Shown here in pieces: positions 24,390 to 37,699 of a stretch of 64,000 nucleotides of DNA. A program made the position numbers and the translations under genes. The stretch's first letter is position 1. Every line of letters begins with the position of its first letter. The notes below the pieces were generated by a model, which saw only the letters and a list, made by a program, of their open reading frames with translations, had not been told where the DNA came from and did no database searches. The DNA is from Zootoca vivipara. Taxonomy: Eukaryota. The stretch lies in contig NC_083276.1 of NCBI RefSeq assembly GCF_963506605.1, forward strand, positions 82,212,001 to 82,276,000. Reading direction: 5' to 3'.

Positions 24390-24521
24390 TTCCAGGGATT
24401 AAAACCTCTTTCTTTTAAAAAAACCCATATAACTGTGAAGATTGCTCACCTCATTTCAGATAGAAAACTACTAAGCAGTTTTCCTATTTTGTTTCTCTTT
24501 GATTCCATTAGGGGGGGAAAG

Positions 24522-24620
24522 ATGGCCGACAGGAACAGCAGAAGAGGGAAAGTGTTTGAGCTCTTGGGATTCAATAATCGTCCAGAGTTGGCTGCCATTT
24601 TGTTTGCATTGTTTGCATGA
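24522..24620 (+). pseudogene. 5' stub of a type B OR (32 codons) at a duplication junction
   Basis: Encodes [31 protein letters not shown], then switches abruptly to sequence matching 18365 onward. Confidence 0.85.
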
Positions 24621-24799
24621 AATCTCATAGTCCTGACATCTTCTGGGGGTTAAAATCTCTCTGTCTTTTATTTATTTGTAAGAAAATACATATAGTTGAA
24701 AAGACTGATTCCCTTATTTCTTATAGCAAACTATTAAGAATTGTCCCATTCCTCACTCATTCTCATTTGTTTCTCTTTGATTCTGTCAGGGGCGAAAAG

Positions 24800-25726
24800 A
24801 TGGCTGACAGGAACAGCAGTAGAGTGAGGGAGTTTGTGTTCATGGGATTCAGTGATCATCCAGAGATGGCTGCCATTTTGTTTGCATTGTTTCTAGTCAA
24901 TTATCTCATCACAATTTTGGGGAATCTTGGGATTCTTATTTTAATCAGAGTTGATGCTTCCCTTCACACACCCATGTATTTCTTCCTTAGTAATTTGTCC
25001 TTCTTAGACATTTGCTATTCAACCACCATCAGTCCCAGGCTGCTGACAGACCTTTTAATGGAAAAGAAAGTGATTACTTTCAATGAGTGTATAATTCAAT
25101 TCTATTTCTATATAACTTTTGCCACCACTGAGTGTTACCTCCTGGCTGCCATGGCATACGATCGGTACATGGCCATCTGCAGTCCACTCACCTACACAAT
25201 CACCATGTCTCACAAAGCTTGCGTTTGTCTGGTGGCTGGTTCATACATTGCAGGATCAGTCAATTCTATGATACACACAGGATGTTTGACTCGTTTATCC
25301 TTTTGTGGTCCTAATGTCATTGATCATTTTTTTTGTGAAGGTCCTCCACTCTTTCAACTTTCCTGTTCTGATACAAGTGTAAATTTGTATGTGATGTTTG
25401 CATTTGTGGGCTTTAACCTGGTGATCACTCATTTGACAGTCCTTATCTCTTACTCTTATATTGCTGTCACTATTTTGAGAATTCGCTCAGCTGAGGGCAG
25501 GCACAAAGCCTTCTCCACCTGCTCCTCTCACCTGCTGGCTGTCATCATCCTGTATGGAAGCTTCTTCTTTATGTATCTCCAACCCAGTTCATCAACCGAA
25601 GGAAAGAAAGTGGCCTCTTTGTTGTATGCGGTGGTAATACCCATGCTAAACCCTCTCATCTACAGCTTGAGGAACAAGGAGGTGAAGAGTGCTTTGAGAC
25701 GGGTAGTGGGGAAGTATAAAAGGTAA
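24800..25726 (+). CDS. Olfactory receptor, class II family 5/8/9-like (type B3), intact, 308 aa, mosaic of B2 and B4; stop supplied by a SINE
   Basis: All OR motifs present. ATG at 24800 follows the acceptor ...ttctgtcag. C-terminus VVGKYKR*. Confidence 0.95.
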   Translation: MADRNSSRVREFVFMGFSDHPEMAAILFALFLVNYLITILGNLGILILIRVDASLHTPMYFFLSNLSFLDICYSTTISPRLLTDLLMEKKVITFNECIIQFYFYITFATTECYLLAAMAYDRYMAICSPLTYTITMSHKACVCLVAGSYIAGSVNSMIHTGCLTRLSFCGPNVIDHFFCEGPPLFQLSCSDTSVNLYVMFAFVGFNLVITHLTVLISYSYIAVTILRIRSAEGRHKAFSTCSSHLLAVIILYGSFFFMYLQPSSSTEGKKVASLLYAVVIPMLNPLIYSLRNKEVKSALRRVVGKYKR

Positions 25727-26070
25727 GGGGACCCCTGACCATTAGGTCCAGTCATGACCGACTCTGACGTTGCGGCGCTCATCTTGCGTTATTGGCCGAG
25801 GGAGCCGGCGTACAGCTTCCAGTCATGTGGCCACCATGACTAAGCCACTTCTGGCGAACCACAGCTGCGCACAGAAGCGCCGTTTACCTTCCCGCCAGAA
25901 CGGTACCTATTTATCTACTTGCATTTTTATGTGCTTTCGAACTGCTAGGTTGACAGGAGCTGGGACCAAGCAACGGGAGCTCACCCCGTCGCGAGGATTT
26001 GAACCGCCGACCTTCTGATTGGCAAGCCCTAGGCTCTGTGGTTTAACCCACAGCACCACCTGCGTCCATT
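25719..26070 (-). mobile_element. Sauria SINE in the last codons of OR B3
   Basis: Same insertion site as 19451-19751. TSD at 25706-25718 and 26071-26083. Confidence 0.92.
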
Positions 26071-27854
26071 GTGGAGGAGTATATTCGCTAACAATATTAA
26101 CTATTTGTACAGTAAGCTTTATATAAATATTGACTGCTGCATGATTGCAGTTATGTATCTGGCATCTGGATGAAGTTTGACTGAAACCCAGAAAGCAAAA
26201 GGGAAAGGGAAGGAAGGATTACAGTGGGTCAGAAGCTGGGCTCCTTTCCAGAAACATTGCCTGGGCTTCTTTCCAATATGCCATCTGGTCTGATTAAACA
26301 TCCCAAAACTTCTATCCAGTGGAGCCTACAAGACTCAAGGAACATCCTCTTTGAGTAAGGGAATAGAATACGCTTTAGGATGTGTTAATTTGTTGTCCAG
26401 TTTTATAGCATAAATTCCATTAAGTACATTTGTCATTGAAAAGCAGTATATACTGGTTTTAAATAAATGGAAATAAATAACTAGATGTTCACAGTCCTTC
26501 ACATGCATTCTCTCTGGTATCGTGGAACAATCGTGTAAAGTAATGTGGTGTTGTCCTCCTAACATTGTATAAAATCATGCAGGGTAATTTCATCAGGCCA
26601 TGAATAGAGGATAGAAACCTCAATTACTTTTAGCCAGGATAGCTAAATCAATCCTCTTTGTTCAGAAACAGTATACATCAAGGACATGAAACAGGAAGAT
26701 GGGCAACACTATCATTCCCTGTAAACAGAAGCAGCTGGCTGGCTCATGTGGGAGGGCATCTCCTAGAGGCTGAGCCCCCCCCCCCAATATTTTCAGGGAG
26801 GGGGCCAGATCCCCAATGTTCAAAGCGGGTGCTAAGTGCAGAGTCAAGTGGGACATGATATCAGTGGTTGGCACCTTTTCCTTCTACTGCTTGGAGGAGA
26901 AGGAGCAGGGAAGCAGCTCCCTGGCAGTTGTGGCAAGGGGAGGAGGAATCACTGGCCATTGAACATGTGCTGTTGCCATTTTCAGCTTCGCCTCCTGATT
27001 CCTCCCAATGACCTGATGTTATGTCCACATTCTCCCTTGGAAGTTGGCACTTCTAAGCCGGAGACAGAATGCTGGGGTGAATGTGTCTTCATCTAATTCT
27101 ACCCAAACGTATGCATGGCAGTACATAAACAATTCATGAAAATATGATCAAGAGTATGATAGAAAAGCTGTGGATTGCATCCAGTGTATGTTCTACTTGG
27201 AGTAAACCCATGGATATCAATGGACATTAAGAATATAGGCCTGTTTATTTCAGTGGGTCTACTCTTGGTATATGTTGGATGGATACAACCCCATATTACC
27301 AATGCTTGAAAGTTTTCATCTCCTTACAGAGTCCTTATTAGCCCTTAAGGAGTTTGTTTACAATAAGAGGGGGAAACAGTTGTTGGCATGTTGTTCGCAT
27401 GGCACCAGTGCATTTAACTAAGCCCAGGATTGATTATTAAATTGGGAGTCGAAAACATTGCTAATACCAGAAATCATGTTTTTTTTCTACGACACAATAA
27501 ACCCTATGTAGTTATCTGTTGTAGTTATCCCTGTGATGGAGTTCTGTTTACACAATTTTAGTAATGCTACTGAAAAAAGACAAATAGATTTTACTTTTTA
27601 CTGGCAGCAACACCCTTTAAAAATTGCCAGCTACTATGTATATTTAAATGGTACCTTGGACTCAAGTTTTGATAAACTAGACAACATTTTAGTTGGTTTT
27701 AATTTGCACCAAATTGCTCACTGAACGTCACACAAACACTCTGTGGGTGAACTGTCTTGTTTTCTTATTCAGTTACAAGTGAAAGGAAATCATTTGGAAA
27801 ACTGTAGAATTAGTCTCATTTTAATAACTGAGCTCACAAAAAGAAAATCAGTGG

Positions 27855-28715
27855 TAACACAGGATCTCAGTTTAAGGTGGAATTCAGCTCCTTGTTCATG
27901 AGTTTTTTGAAAGCTTTTGTAATGCTTTTGTTCCTCAAGGTTGCAGATCAGAGGACTGAGCATGAAGAGCACTACAGTGTAGAACACAGACACCCATTTG
28001 TCTTGGTCAAAGACATAGACAGAAGAAGGCTTCATGTCAGGGGCTGTGCTGAGGAGGGCTGCAAAGATTAGCAATGGTGGGAGCCTCCCCCTGCTCCTGA
28101 TCAGGATCCTGAATCTTCCCAGGAGCAGTGGGACAGTATAGATTTGGATCAGTAGTTCACAGAGGGACATAATTCAGAAGACAAGACTTGGGAGGAACTG
28201 GGGGGGGGGGTGAACAGCTAGGAGAAGAAGAACAGGGAGGGAGAGAGAGTTAACAGACTCTGGTTTGCTGGAAAGTGTCCAGGTGTCAAGGAGATTAGAT
28301 AAGGTAGCTGCACAGAAGGCACGGTGGTTGCGAGATCATGTTGCAAGCAGTAGGGGGGAAGTGGGTAGAAACCTTAATTGGGAGCACCTTTACTCTGAGA
28401 TGGACACATTGTTCTTGAGCTGGGTTCCTTAAAATCTCTTTGAATGATAAGAGACTATTTTTGCTTTGTTCGGCTTATCCACAGCAAAAAGGAGGGAGGA
28501 AGCCGCTCTCCCGAAGCCTGACACTCCATGGGTTCACTCTAAGGACAGATAAGATGTAAGAGACAAGAATGATGCAGAGGGCAGCAAAGAACTGGGCTGT
28601 GTCCCAAGGGAAGGAGATGGTCCTGTTCTCAGATAATAAGACAGATAGCATTCTGGGAGTAACAGTAGATGAGTAACAGGTGTCGCAGAAGGACAGGTGC
28701 CATGGGAAGAAGCAC
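27855..28715 (-). pseudogene. Degraded OR5AR1-like relic (copy 2)
   Basis: FFPWHLSFCDTCYSSTVTPRMLSVLLSENRTISFP and [27 protein letters not shown]. Interrupted by a solo LTR. Confidence 0.82.
28035..28523. mobile_element. Solo LTR
   Basis: tgtcagg...cctgaca termini and 5-bp TSD cttca / ctcca. Empty site at ~22130 in the paralog. Confidence 0.8.
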
Positions 28716-28854
28716 CACTCATTCAGAAACTCCATGGTATCTACAGCATGTATGGAGGTACTCAGGCACCTCAGTTGAGTGCCTTGCTCCATTTTGACAG
28801 GGCTGATATATTTTACCAGGTGCAAGACCTTGAGAGGAGGGACCATATGTCAAG

Positions 28855-28964
28855 GACAGGAGCTGGGACTGAGCAATGGGAGCTCACCCCGTCGTGGGGA
28901 TTGGAACCGCCGACCTTCTGATCAGCAAGCCCTAGGCTCTGTGGTTTAACCCACAGCGCCACCC
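28855..28964 (-). mobile_element. Sauria SINE 5' fragment
   Basis: Reverse complement of the SINE tRNA-like head only. Confidence 0.8.
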
Positions 28965-29786
28965 ACTAATTAGCCCTTAATGGGGTTGTTTACAAGAACA
29001 GGAAACAGTTGTTGTTGGCATCTAGGTCTCATGGCACCATTGTATATAACTAGACCCAATGCAAATCATTACACTGGAAGTCAACTATCTTAGACCATTT
29101 CTTATTGGATGATGTTAAGCTTCATGGACTATGTCATGCTGTACATTCCGCACTTTTTCTGTCAATACAGCAACTTCAGGTCTTCCACTTTGTCTGTAGC
29201 AATTCAAGCTAAGAGTATGCTTCCTTTGCAAACAGTGTAAGATACATTTTATAGGTTTTTGGAGGAATACAGAGTCCACTCTTGAACCTAAGAAGGAGAA
29301 GTTGCACCAGTAGAAACTTCCACTGGCAAAAGAAAATAATGATATCTCAGGTAATTTCCTGATGGCGGGGTAGAAGCTGCTAGAGCAACCTTTTGTTCAG
29401 AAGCAGGCTGACCAGTAATCAGCCAAGTTGGCTCCATGTGGGTTAGGGAGTGGTTGTGGCTGAGTCCCACTTTGCCCTTCCTAAAGTTACATGCTTTTAT
29501 GTTGTGTAAGGCTATTTATTGCAACATCATATCAAGAAATGTAGTGACTGTTTTATTTCTGAAGCTGGAGAGATGGAAATTCTACACAACCCACCTACCT
29601 GAAGTTATCTTCTCCACCAATGACCATCCTTAAATGACAATACTGCCGTCTTCTAGGGATTAAAATCTCTCTCTTTTTTTAAAAAAAACCCATATAACTG
29701 TGAAGATTTCTTACCTCATTTCAGATAGAAAACTACTAAGCAGTTTTCCTATTTTGTTTCTCTTTGATTCCATCACGGGGGGAAAG

Positions 29787-30713
29787 ATGGCTGACAGGAA
29801 CAGCAGTAGAGTGAAGGTGTTTGTGCTGATGGGATTCAGTGATCGTCCAGAGATGGCTGCCATTTTGTTTGCATTGTTTCTAGTCAATTATCTCATCACA
29901 ATTGTGGGGAATCTTGGGATTCTTATGTTAATCAGGGTTGATGCTCGACTTCACACTCCCATGTATTTCTTCCTTAGCAATTTGTCCTTCTTAGACATTT
30001 GCTATTCAACCACCATCAGTCCCAGGCTGCTGACAGACCTTTTAATGGAAAAGAAAGTGATTACTTTCAATGAGTGTCTAGTTCAATTCTATTTCTATAT
30101 AACTTTTGCCACCACTGAGTGCTACCTCCTGGCTGCTATGGCATACGATCGGTACATGGCCATCTGCAGTCCACTCACCTACACAATCACCATGTCTCAC
30201 AAAGCTTGCGTTTCTCTGGTGGCTGGTTCATACATTGCTGGATCAGTCAATTCTATGATACACACAGGATGTTTGACTCGTTTATCCTTTTGTGGTCCTA
30301 ATGTCATTGATCATTTTTTTTGTGAAGGTCCTCCACTCTTTCAACTTTCATGTTCTGATACTAGCATCAATTTGTATGTGATGTTTGCTTTTGCTGGCTT
30401 TAACCTGGTAAGCACCCATTTGACAGTCCTTATCTCTTACACTTATATCTTTGTCACTATTTTGAGAATTCGCTCAGCTGAGGGCAGGCACAAAGCCTTC
30501 TCCACCTGCTCCTCTCACCTGCTGGCTGTCATAATCCTTTATGGAAGCTTGATCTTTATCTACCTCCAACCTAATACATCAACAAATGGAGGCAAAGTGA
30601 CCTCTTTGTTGTACGCAGTGGTAATACCCATGCTAAACCCTCTCATCTACAGCTTGAGGAACAAGGATGTCAAGAGTGCTTTGACACGGGTGCTGGAGAA
30701 GCATATTGCCTAA
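29787..30713 (+). CDS. Olfactory receptor, class II family 5/8/9-like (type B4), intact ORF, 308 aa
   Basis: All OR motifs present. The upstream acceptor reads CAC instead of CAG (29774-29776). Confidence 0.93.
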   Translation: MADRNSSRVKVFVLMGFSDRPEMAAILFALFLVNYLITIVGNLGILMLIRVDARLHTPMYFFLSNLSFLDICYSTTISPRLLTDLLMEKKVITFNECLVQFYFYITFATTECYLLAAMAYDRYMAICSPLTYTITMSHKACVSLVAGSYIAGSVNSMIHTGCLTRLSFCGPNVIDHFFCEGPPLFQLSCSDTSINLYVMFAFAGFNLVSTHLTVLISYTYIFVTILRIRSAEGRHKAFSTCSSHLLAVIILYGSLIFIYLQPNTSTNGGKVTSLLYAVVIPMLNPLIYSLRNKDVKSALTRVLEKHIA

Positions 30714-32477
30714 CAATGTTACAGTTTAGCGCTGATATGGAAGAATGCTCTGTGAAGACTGCTGGAGGATAGCAGCTGTTTATTTGGGAGTTGGCTGGCG
30801 TTTGACTGGAATGTTAAAAAAGAATAAGTAATTTTGTGGCAGAAACTGGGCCATGTGGACATATTTCAAGGACTACTTTCCAATAGGATTTCTCCAATAG
30901 CTGCCTCTCTTAGAGAACTAAAAGAAGTTGATAGCAACTTCCCAGTGAAGCCTTGAAGACTCATTGAATATCCTTTTGAACTAAGGGAGCAGAAGATAGA
31001 AGTGAAATATACTTTAGGGTGTTTCAAGTTGTTGCTCAGCTTTACTGTATGTACTACTTTGAGTCCATTTGTTGCTGAAATGCTACGTATATAGATACAT
31101 ATTCTGATCAAATAAAAGCAAATAACTAAATGTTTGAAGCACTTTACGTACATTCTCTCTGACATCCTACCAAACCCCTGTAAAGTATGCTCATATTATA
31201 GTCCTTACTTTGGACAAATTTCGTGGAGAATTATTTTATTAGGCGTATTTATGTTGGATAGATACCTCAATGGCTTCTAGTCAGAATTGCTAACGGAAAC
31301 CTGTTTGGAGAAAAGAAGCATATTTCTGGGACAAACAAGAGGAAGATGGTCAGCAGCAAAATTCCCTGCATGCAGAAGCTTCTGACTGGCTCATGTTGGT
31401 GACAAGATGGTGAGCTAGATGAGCCTTCAACTGAAATTTCAACAAGGCACTTTAAATAGTTGTACTGAGGCTGACTGAGCATGGATTGATGAAGGCCACA
31501 CAGTCTGAACCAGGTTATAATAGCTAATGCTATTAGTATTACATCAGCCCATACTGCTGAAAGTATTGTAATGATGTGATTACAGAGTCAGGGTGTTCTA
31601 GTGGACCGCGATGTATAAAAGACATGGGATTCCACGGGGAAGGGTTGCAAAAGCAGCAGTTGCTCTTCCCCTGGATGAGCATTAGTCTGCAATGTCCCAG
31701 TTTCTAGTGTGTGCAAAGTCCCAGACTACTCTCATTTCTTTTGTCTTGCTGCCACCTTTCAGTGTTTTTAGCCAAGGAATGAGGTTATAGCATTGCTTCA
31801 CCTTTTAAACACCCATTGTCTAGACTCTAGAGAAGGTACTTCTTGTTTTGTCTTTATTAAGCCTTTTCTTCTGGTCTTCTTTGTTGGAGAAGTAGTTGAT
31901 ACTCCATAGGGGGGGGGAAACCTGTGTTTTTAAAAGAATTTTATTGTAGCTGGGATTGGAGGTGGTATACTGTGTGCCACCTCAAGAATAACAGGTAGCT
32001 ACAATGACTGGAGTTCATGAGCTTTCTCATTTAGGTCTTCTTTCATACATTAAAAAGGTGATTCCTGCCCTACTGGGTTTGTAAACATAAAAAATGCACT
32101 CTCCCAATCCCAATAAGATAAAGTCCATCATTATACCCATTGTTGTTAAAACCATTTTGCTGGGGGAAGGGAAAGTTAGAGTTGTGCAGCTTTTGCCAAT
32201 CTGTTGACTGCCATATACTTGTGTTTACTTCCAGTTGGGCTGCCCAGGGTGCAGAGCAGAAGTCAGTGGCAGCCAAGTTGGTGCCTCATACCTGTGAAAC
32301 TGTAAAAGCTGCAGTAAAGTTTTGGAGGAGGCTGCAGAATCTCTTGGGTTACTTAGTATAATATTTTGGTTTTTTGAGAGCAGAGTCCTAACAACACTGG
32401 CAATGTACCATGCAGATTGCTTTCTAGTGGTGATTTCCATTAAAAAGATCTGATAACATCATCATGCTTCTTCTTAA

Positions 32478-32522
<45 letters not shown>

Positions 32523-32850
32523 ACCTGAAGAAGCATCTCCACCCCCATCATTCAGCCCAGACAATGAGATCTAGCACTGAGTGCCTTCTGGTGGTTCCCA
32601 CACTGTGAGAAGTGAAGCTACAGGGAACCAGGCAAAGGACCTTCTTGGCAGTGGTGCTCACTCTGTGGAATGCCCTTCCACCAGATATTAAGGAGATGAG
32701 TAATTATATAACATTTAGGAAACATCTTAAGGCAGCTCTGTATAGGGAAGATTTTTAAGATTTAATATGTTTTTATATATATTAGAAGCTGCCCAGAGTA
32801 GCTGGCGCAACCCAGACAGATGGGCGGGGTACAAATAATAAATTATTAAT
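32523..32850 (+). mobile_element. L2-clade LINE 3' fragment flanked by (GTT)n
   Basis: ctgtggaatgcccttcc (LWNALP) followed by a 3' UTR ending gatgggcggggtacaaataataaa. Absent from the paralogous flank near 39220. Confidence 0.65.
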
Positions 32851-33518
32851 TGTTGTTGTTGTTATATTTATAATCCACCCTTCGACCCAAAGGTATCCAG
32901 GCATCACACGAACAATTCATTAAACTACAACACAACAATAAAAACCCTGGAGCACCAATCCTACTCAGAATATCAATGCATATGACTAACATAGCTGATA
33001 AATTTCAGTGGCTCTGCTCTGTATATACGTTGGAGAAAACCCGATAATGGCAAATAGTGTTATAAAACAGCAAACCAGCTGTTTTCATGATGACACATTT
33101 TTCATAAGTTGGTGGAATCTTATTTAAAAAATTGTCACATGAAAGCAGTGACTTTGGCTGCACGTATCTCAGGCGTATATACATGCATGTAACAAGCACC
33201 ACACATTCAGAAGCCTACAAACTCCAGGATGTTCATTGTGTGTATGGAGTTACACAATTGCCTGAGTTGAGGGCCTTGCTCCATTTTGAAAAGTCTGCTA
33301 TTTTTACTGGAACAGTGGCTTGATAGCTTTCCTCTTCTTACAGAGTGCTAATTAACCCATAAGGAGTTGGTATACCTGGGTGGTGGTGTGGATATTGTTG
33401 GCATGTTGGTCTCATGGCACCACTGCATTTAACTTTGATGCAAGGCAGATTATTAATCTGGAAGTCAACAACCTTAGAGCAGTAAACAAGGGACCATTAA
33501 CTATTTGATGCTGTAGAT

Positions 33519-33704
33519 CAGGGGTTGTCAACCTGGTCCCTACCGCCCACTAGTGGGCGTTTCAGAATTCGAGGTGGGCGGTAGGGGGTTCTACGGCACT
33601 AGCTGAATCCTCCTTCAATCGAGCACTGGGGGGTGGTAAGGAAATTCTACCATCAAGAAAGATGCATTAGTGGGCGGTAGGTATAAAAAGGTTGACTACC
33701 CCTA
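33519..33704. mobile_element. hAT MITE
   Basis: TIRs caggggttgtcaacct / aggttgactaccccta and TSD ctgtagat / ctgtagag. Confidence 0.82.
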
Positions 33705-35099
33705 CTGTAGAGCTTTATGGTCTATGTTATGTTGCACATGCTGAACTTCTTCAATCAATGCAGCAACTGCAGGTCTTTCACTATATCTGTAGCAATTTTA
33801 GTTAAGAGTATGTTTGCCTATCAAACAGTGTAAGATGCATCTTAGAGGACCTTGGAGGAATACAGATTCCACTCTTGGGTCTAAGAAAGAGCAAATGATC
33901 CAGTAGATGCTTTGCACTGGAGTACACAAGGAAAGGAAAGAATGATATCCCAGGTAACTTCCTGATGGTAGGATAGAAGCTGCTAGACCAGCCCAATGCT
34001 CAGAACCATGCTGACAAGGATAGGTTACAGGTGGGTAAAGGTGAGGTTGTGGCTGATAAGAATTTCCAAGCCTCCAGACTCCTTCTGATGGCTTATAAGC
34101 ACTAGAGAAAGTACTGGAAAAAGAGAGGGTCAAAGAAGGCACACACCCCTTATTGAGGGAGATGAAAGGAGCTGGTGGGCAGAGCCTGTCTGGTCTGATA
34201 GGAGGACAGAGAAGAGAGTGCAGCCTGAATGAGGCAAGTTACCCAAAGATCTGAGGAGTCTTAGAGCCCAAGATTGCGAAGTTCATCAAAAGGCTATTGA
34301 CTGCTTTAAATATGGCCTGATTCAGGAATTTCAACCTGGAGATTACTGTTCTAAAGGTCAAAGCATCCGAGATAGGCTCATATCTACAGTGGGTTAAAAA
34401 GAAGTTCTAATTGAATCCCTTCTCTTGAAAAAAATGAAACTGCACATTTAACTTACGATTGCTGTTAGCAAATAACAGACCCTCCAAGTGTCCCTATTTT
34501 CCAGGGACGTCCCTGACTTAGAGAAGTCATCCCAGTTTCTGGTTTGATCCCAGAATTTCAAAAAGTCTTTTGGGTTTTTGCCAAAGTTGTTTAGCTTTTT
34601 CAGTTTTGCCTAAAGCTGTTTAGCATTTTTGGTGAAATCACCAAAAAAATGACACTGCCAATATGGATTTGCCATGTGTCTGGATTTTCCCATACATTTT
34701 TGACGATTTACAGCCGGACACGGCTTACAACTACAGTATTCTGTATCTGGGACGTTCCGGACATATGGCCACCCTACTATACCACCCTCTCTTTATGCTG
34801 TGTAAAGCTATGTATACTGCCTTATTTCAAGGTAATAGAGTGCCACTGCTTTAAATTCTGAAGGAGGAGGTCTAGAAACACCATCCTCAGATGATAAAAG
34901 TCTTCTCCGCCAATGGTGATCCTTTAAATTTTACATTCCAGCCATAATTCAGGGGTTAAAACCTCAATTTCTTTATTTTAAAAAGCACATATAGTGGTGA
35001 AGATTGATTACCTCATTTCTGATAGTGAATAATTTTCCAAATCTTCCCACTCCTCACCCAGCACCATTTTGTTTCTCTTTGATTCCATCAGGGGGGAAA

Positions 35100-36026
35100 A
35101 TGCCTGACAGGAACAGCAGTACAGTGAAGGAGTTTGTGTTCACAGGATTCACTGACAGTCCAGAGTTGGCTGCCATCTTGTTTGCATTGTTTCTAGTCAA
35201 TTATCTCATCACAATTGTGGGAAATCTTGGGATGCTTCTGTTAATCAGGTCTGATGCTCGATTTCACACCCCCATGTATTTCTTCCTTAGTAATTTGTCC
35301 TTCTTAGACATTTGCTATTCAACCACCATCAGTCCCAGGCTGCTGACAGACCTTTTAATGGAAAAGAAAGTGATTCCTTTCAATGAGTGTATAGTTCAAT
35401 TCTATTTTTATGTAACTTTTGCCACCACTGAGTGTTACCTCCTGGCTGCTATGGCATATGATCGGTACATGGCCATCTGCAACCCACTCACCTACACAAT
35501 CACCATGTCTCAGAAAGTTTGTGCTCTTCTGGTGGCTGGTTCATACATTGCGGGATCTGTCAATGCTGTGATACACACAGGTTGCATGACTCGTTTATCC
35601 TTTTGTGGTCCTAATGTCATTGATCATTTTTACTGTGAAGGTCCCCCACTCTTTCAGCTTTCCTGTTCTGATACCAGCCTCAATGTCTTTGTCATGTTTT
35701 CGTTTGCTAGCTTTAACCTGATAAGCACCCATTTGACAGTCCTTATCTCTTACTCTTACATTGTTGCCACTATTTTGAGAATCCGCTCAGCTGAGGGCAG
35801 GCATAAAGCCTTCTCCACCTGCTCTTCCCACCTGATGGCTGTCATCATCCTTTATGGAAGCTTTATCTTTATGTATCTCCAACCTAATACGTCAAGAAAT
35901 TGAGGCAAAGTGGCCTCTTTGTTGTATGCGGTGGTCATACCCATGCTAAACCCCCTCATCTACAGCTTGAGGAATAAGGAAGTGAAGAGTGCTTTGAGAC
36001 GTGTTATGGAGAAGTATGTTGCCTGA
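35100..36026 (+). pseudogene. Full-length type B OR (B5) with a single premature TGA
   Basis: The frame is open from 35100 to 35900, with TGA at 35901-35903 where paralogs have GGA. It continues in frame ([28 protein letters not shown]) to the normal stop at 36024-36026. Confidence 0.92.
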
Positions 36027-36919
36027 CAATGTTAAAGCTTATAATTGATATAGGACTTTCAGTTGGTTGCAGCTGTGTCTCTAACATTTGACTGATGTTT
36101 AACTGGAAGATTAAAAAAGTAAGAGAGAGGGAGAAAGAAAGAAAGAAAGAAAATAAGAAAATATTGCAATGGATAAGAAGCTGGACTATGTGGAAATATA
36201 TCTCTTCTCTCTTGTATGTTATCTTCAATAGACACTTCCTCTGAAAGAGCCAAGAGCAATTGATAACATCTTCCCAGTGAAGTCTACAAGTCTCAAGAAA
36301 TATCCTCTTTGAGGAAGAGAACAAAAGATGTATGAACTCCTTGATTATACACTTGCTGAAAAGCAGCATATACATATCCTCCTTAAATAAAAACCAATAA
36401 TTGAATGCTTAAAGTGCCTCACATATACATTCTCTCTTTCACCCTACAGCCACCCTGTAAGGTAACTAGTATTATATTCCTAACATTGGAGAAATACATG
36501 AAGAAAGATATTACTGGGCAAATTGATGTAGGATAGATTCATCCAGGATAGCTATATGAAACCTGTTTGATTAGATGCAATATATATCTGGGACAAACAA
36601 CAGGAAAATGACCAGTGGTATCTGTTCTTACATGCATAAGCTTCTGGATGGCTCGTGTTGGAGACAAGGTGTGTCTTCATCAGATTCAGCAAGGCACTTA
36701 ATTAATGTAATAGATAGTAGTCCTGAGACTGAGTGAGCATGGGTTTACCAAGGTGACCCACTATGACTGACCTGAGGACTTAACCTGTTCATAATAACGA
36801 ATGCTTTTAGTATTATATCAGTCAACACTGTTGGGAATATTGTGATGATGTGAGTACAGAGTCAGGGTGCTCTAGTGAACTGCATTGTATAAAAGACATG
36901 AGATTCCAGGGGGAAGGAA

Positions 36920-37440
36920 TTTATTTATTATTTATTTACTTATTTCATATAATTAATATGTTATTTGATTGTACAGAAACTTCAATATGGTTTCCAGAAA
37001 TGATAAAACAATAACATTATCACTAAAAGGTTTTGCAACTGTAATTTAAAATATGCAGAATGTTAAAACAGCAGTAAAATAGGCTAAAACAATTAAAACT
37101 CCTACAGAATTTCTAAACATCTGGGTAGGTTTATCTGAATAAGAATGCCTTTAGCAGGTACAGCAAGGAATACAGTGAAGGCACCTGTCTGATATAAAAA
37201 ACCAAGTGGCAGTGCTGGCACACCAAATGATGTGTTCTTACAGATGTGGTGCAGGTATTTTGTTGACTTGTAAATGTGCCAATTCTGTCGATTGTGTACA
37301 CTCATGGGGTAAGGTGATATAATAGGTAAACTGGTTGTTAAGGGCTTTAAATACTAACAGTCACACCTTGAACCTGGCTCTGTCACAGATTGGCAACAAG
37401 TGCAGACCTCTGAACGCAGGTGTTATATGCTTGAGGAAGG
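36920..37440 (-). mobile_element. Old L2-like LINE 3' fragment
   Basis: A (ttta)n-type tail at 36920 is followed by degenerate L2-like 3' sequence. Absent from the paralogous flank near 31645. Confidence 0.5.
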
Positions 37441-37699
37441 ACTTCTAGCAAGAGGTGGGTTACACCTCACACAGTGGTTGACAACAATATGTTTGCTAAG
37501 AGTCTCATGAACCTGATCAGGAATGCTTTAAACTTAATCCTAAGGGGAAGAAGGACAGTATTACAGGTGAAACACCTGGTACTGGTGATAATAGCTTCAT
37601 TGCTGCACAGAAAACTGAAGTGGTGCTACAGAAACTTGGTAAAGGGCAAGCAACTACAAGAAGGAAGCAGCTGGAGGAAATGACTCATGGTTTCTGTTG

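Larger units (their letters stand above)
24616..29880. repeat. Tandem duplication copy 2 (copy 1 = ~18365-24615)
   Basis: Same order in both copies: upstream region, OR, SINE, intergenic sequence, OR5AR1-like relic, conserved upstream block, start of the next OR. Confidence 0.85.

Noticed and set aside
23514-24620. 368-aa ORF ending in an OR N-terminus (possible TE-OR fusion protein)
   Set aside because: Low-complexity translation of GC-rich transposon interior running by chance into the OR stub; no domain recognisable.
34477-34777. Possible DNA-transposon remnant upstream of B5
   Set aside because: It has repeat-like ends, but I could not pair TIRs or find a TSD, so it is left unannotated.
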